The notes below the pieces were generated by a model that was given only the letters and a program-made list of their open reading frames with translations, was not told the DNA's origin and did not search any database. Made by a program: the position numbers and the translations under genes. Shown piece after piece: positions 62,236-64,000 of a stretch of DNA of 64,000 bases. The DNA comes from Eledone cirrhosa (taxonomy: Eukaryota), in assembly GCA_964016885.1 (NCBI GenBank), contig OZ024744.1, positions 6,200,001-6,264,000 on the forward strand, given 5' to 3'. Within the stretch, counting starts at the first letter, position 1; each line of letters begins with the position of its first letter.

Positions 62236-62695
62236 CAACTCCAGTATTTAACTGGTACTTTATTTATCAACCCAAAAATGATGAAAGGAAATGTTGACCT
62301 CGCCACCACCACCAACACCTCCACCAACAACAACAACACCGTCACCATCACCACCATTACCATTACCAGCAACATCACCACCAGTGTCACCATCAGCAAC
62401 AACAGCAACTCCACCAGAACCACCAACATCACCAGCACCACCACCAACAACGCCAGCACCACCAGCACCACCACTACCACTACCACCACCACCACCACCA
62501 CCACCACCACGACCACCACTACCACCACTACCACCACCAGCATCACCATCAACAACAACACCAACAGTACCACCAACATCACAACGACCACCACCACCAC
62601 CACCACCACCACCACTCAGAACGTAAAAGGTCGTAACTAAATACCACAAAGCATTTTCTCCAACGCTCTATCGATACTGCAATTCCACCACCCTA
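62236..62695 (-). mobile_element. tRNA-derived SINE interrupted by an (ACC/AAC)n expansion
   Basis: ...ATGAAAGGAAATGTTGACCTCG | repeat | ACTCAGAACG...AAATACC. Both halves match the SINE at 44985-45118. Confidence 0.65.
62303..62614. repeat. Imperfect (ACC)n trinucleotide repeat
   Basis: Read directly from the sequence. Confidence 0.95.
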
Positions 62696-62739
62696 ACACA
62701 TCCGAGATAATAATCAACTATTTGTTTAGTAATTGTGAA

Positions 62740-62860
62740 TAAAGATTGCACTTCCTTGGTTCACATTTTACCAACTGTGGCTTGCGCCGGAGTTCAGTTT
62801 TGTTCTCCACACCCTTCCTTTTATCCATCAATGACGCTCATACAGTCACCTTCAACAAGT
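62740..62860 (+). pseudogene. Possible decayed CR1/L2/Jockey-type RT fragment
   Basis: ...TCAGTTTTGTTCTCCACACCCTTCCTTTTATCCATCAATGAC resembles SVL.P..FLL.IND. Confidence 0.3.
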
Positions 62861-63529
62861 CCACTCTTACTATCAGCTTTGTTTAGGCTCAGTAGTTGCG
62901 GGTGATATGAAGCAATTTCCAGATATCAGGAGAATAGATATTTTTTCAGATGAAATATTTGCTATGAGGAAGAAGCTTGCCCCTTTGTAATGGTGAATGG
63001 CTGACATTTGAATAAATATAAAGATGCTGGCAGTGAGCTACTGAGGATTATGTGGGGGAGGTGAAGTGATTTGATATTTTCTTGATATGTGTAGTGATGT
63101 GAGGTTGGTATAGACAGAACTAACATGAAACCATTGAAAGATACTGTTGACGTCCCGGTTGGTAGAACTAGAGTAGACTTTTGCGAGGAGTTCAGGCAGG
63201 TTCCATGTATATTACACTAGTGTGAAGTTGGTGAAGAAGGAATGTAAGATGGTGTCTCATGTACATGAGAACGTACTTGTTGGGAGGTGGTGGCTGGTGT
63301 ATGAGGAAGAGTGTGGGGACAAATGCTAATTTAGTGCTGACCATTATTGATAGAATATAGATGAGAGAGAGGGAGAAAGAGGGTGAGAGAGAGAGAGGGA
63401 GAGAGAGAGAGAGTCGGGGGGAGCAAGATGGCGGTCTGTTGGCGAAATACTGATCCAAGAAACAAGAGATGGCTGGAGTCTACAGGAGCGAAGTTTTGAT
63501 AGGACACAGACGTGCCAGGCACTTATGTG

Positions 63530-64000
63530 ACAGACACAGACGTGGTAGACACAGACGTGGTAGACACAGACGTGGTAGACAGAGATGTGGTAGACACAGA
63601 CGTGGTAGACAGATACCTGGTAGACAGAGATGTGGTAGACACAGACGTGGTAGACAGAGATGTGGTAGACACAGACGTGATAGACAGAGATGTGGAGACA
63701 GAGACGTGGTAGACAGAGATGTGGAGACAGAGACGTGGTAGACAGAGATGTGGAGACAGAGACGTGGTAGAGAGAGATGTGATAGACATTGACGTGGTAG
63801 ACAGAGATGTGGTAGACACAGTTGTGGTAGACACAGACGTGGTAGACAGAGATGTGGTAGACACAGACGTGATAGACAGATACCTGGTAGGCAGAGATGT
63901 GGTAGAGAGAGATGTGGTAGACAGTGACGTGGTGACACGACGTGGTAGATAGAAATGTGGTAGACACAGACGTGGTAGACACAGACGTGGTAGACACAGA
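63530..64000. repeat. 15-bp minisatellite GACA(C/G)AGA(C/T)GTGGTA with 14-bp variants, running off the window
   Basis: About 31 tandem units with no unique spacers. Confidence 0.95.

Noticed and set aside
63530-64000. CRISPR-like array or repeat protein ORFs
   Set aside because: Contiguous 14-15-bp units with no unique spacers and no cas genes. The ORFs in all frames are by-products of the repeat.

Overview
Eukaryotic, gene-free and repeat-dense window. The SINE and microsatellite content resembles a cephalopod such as Octopus (inferred from remembered repeat motifs, not from a search). Most of it consists of three arrays of non-LTR retrotransposons sitting inside microsatellites. Arrays 1 (1-21194) and 2 (27900-44523) are built in (TAA)n tracts. 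They mix two R4/Dong-like families (single ORF: RT, CCHC, restriction-like endonuclease) with an L1/Tx1-like family (ORF1 gag knuckle; ORF2 APE-RT-CCHC). The two clades always lie in opposite orientation relative to the repeat. Array 3 (45396-61925) is four head-to-tail Tx1-like elements inside one (GATA)n tract, one of them with a readable 19-bp TSD. The most striking signal is in the Tx1-like families. A consensus 5' splice site sits on the ORF1 stop and an AG|G acceptor sits on or just after the ORF2 stop, so ORF2 appears to be an intron. In two copies splicing would rebuild exactly the same ORF1 C-terminus. The spacers contain SINEs, a hAT-type MITE, RTE/Penelope remnants, degenerate hammerhead-like motifs and simple repeats. 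Family labels (Tx1-A to D, Dong-1 to 3) are my own working names. Coordinates were read by eye and may be a few bases off.
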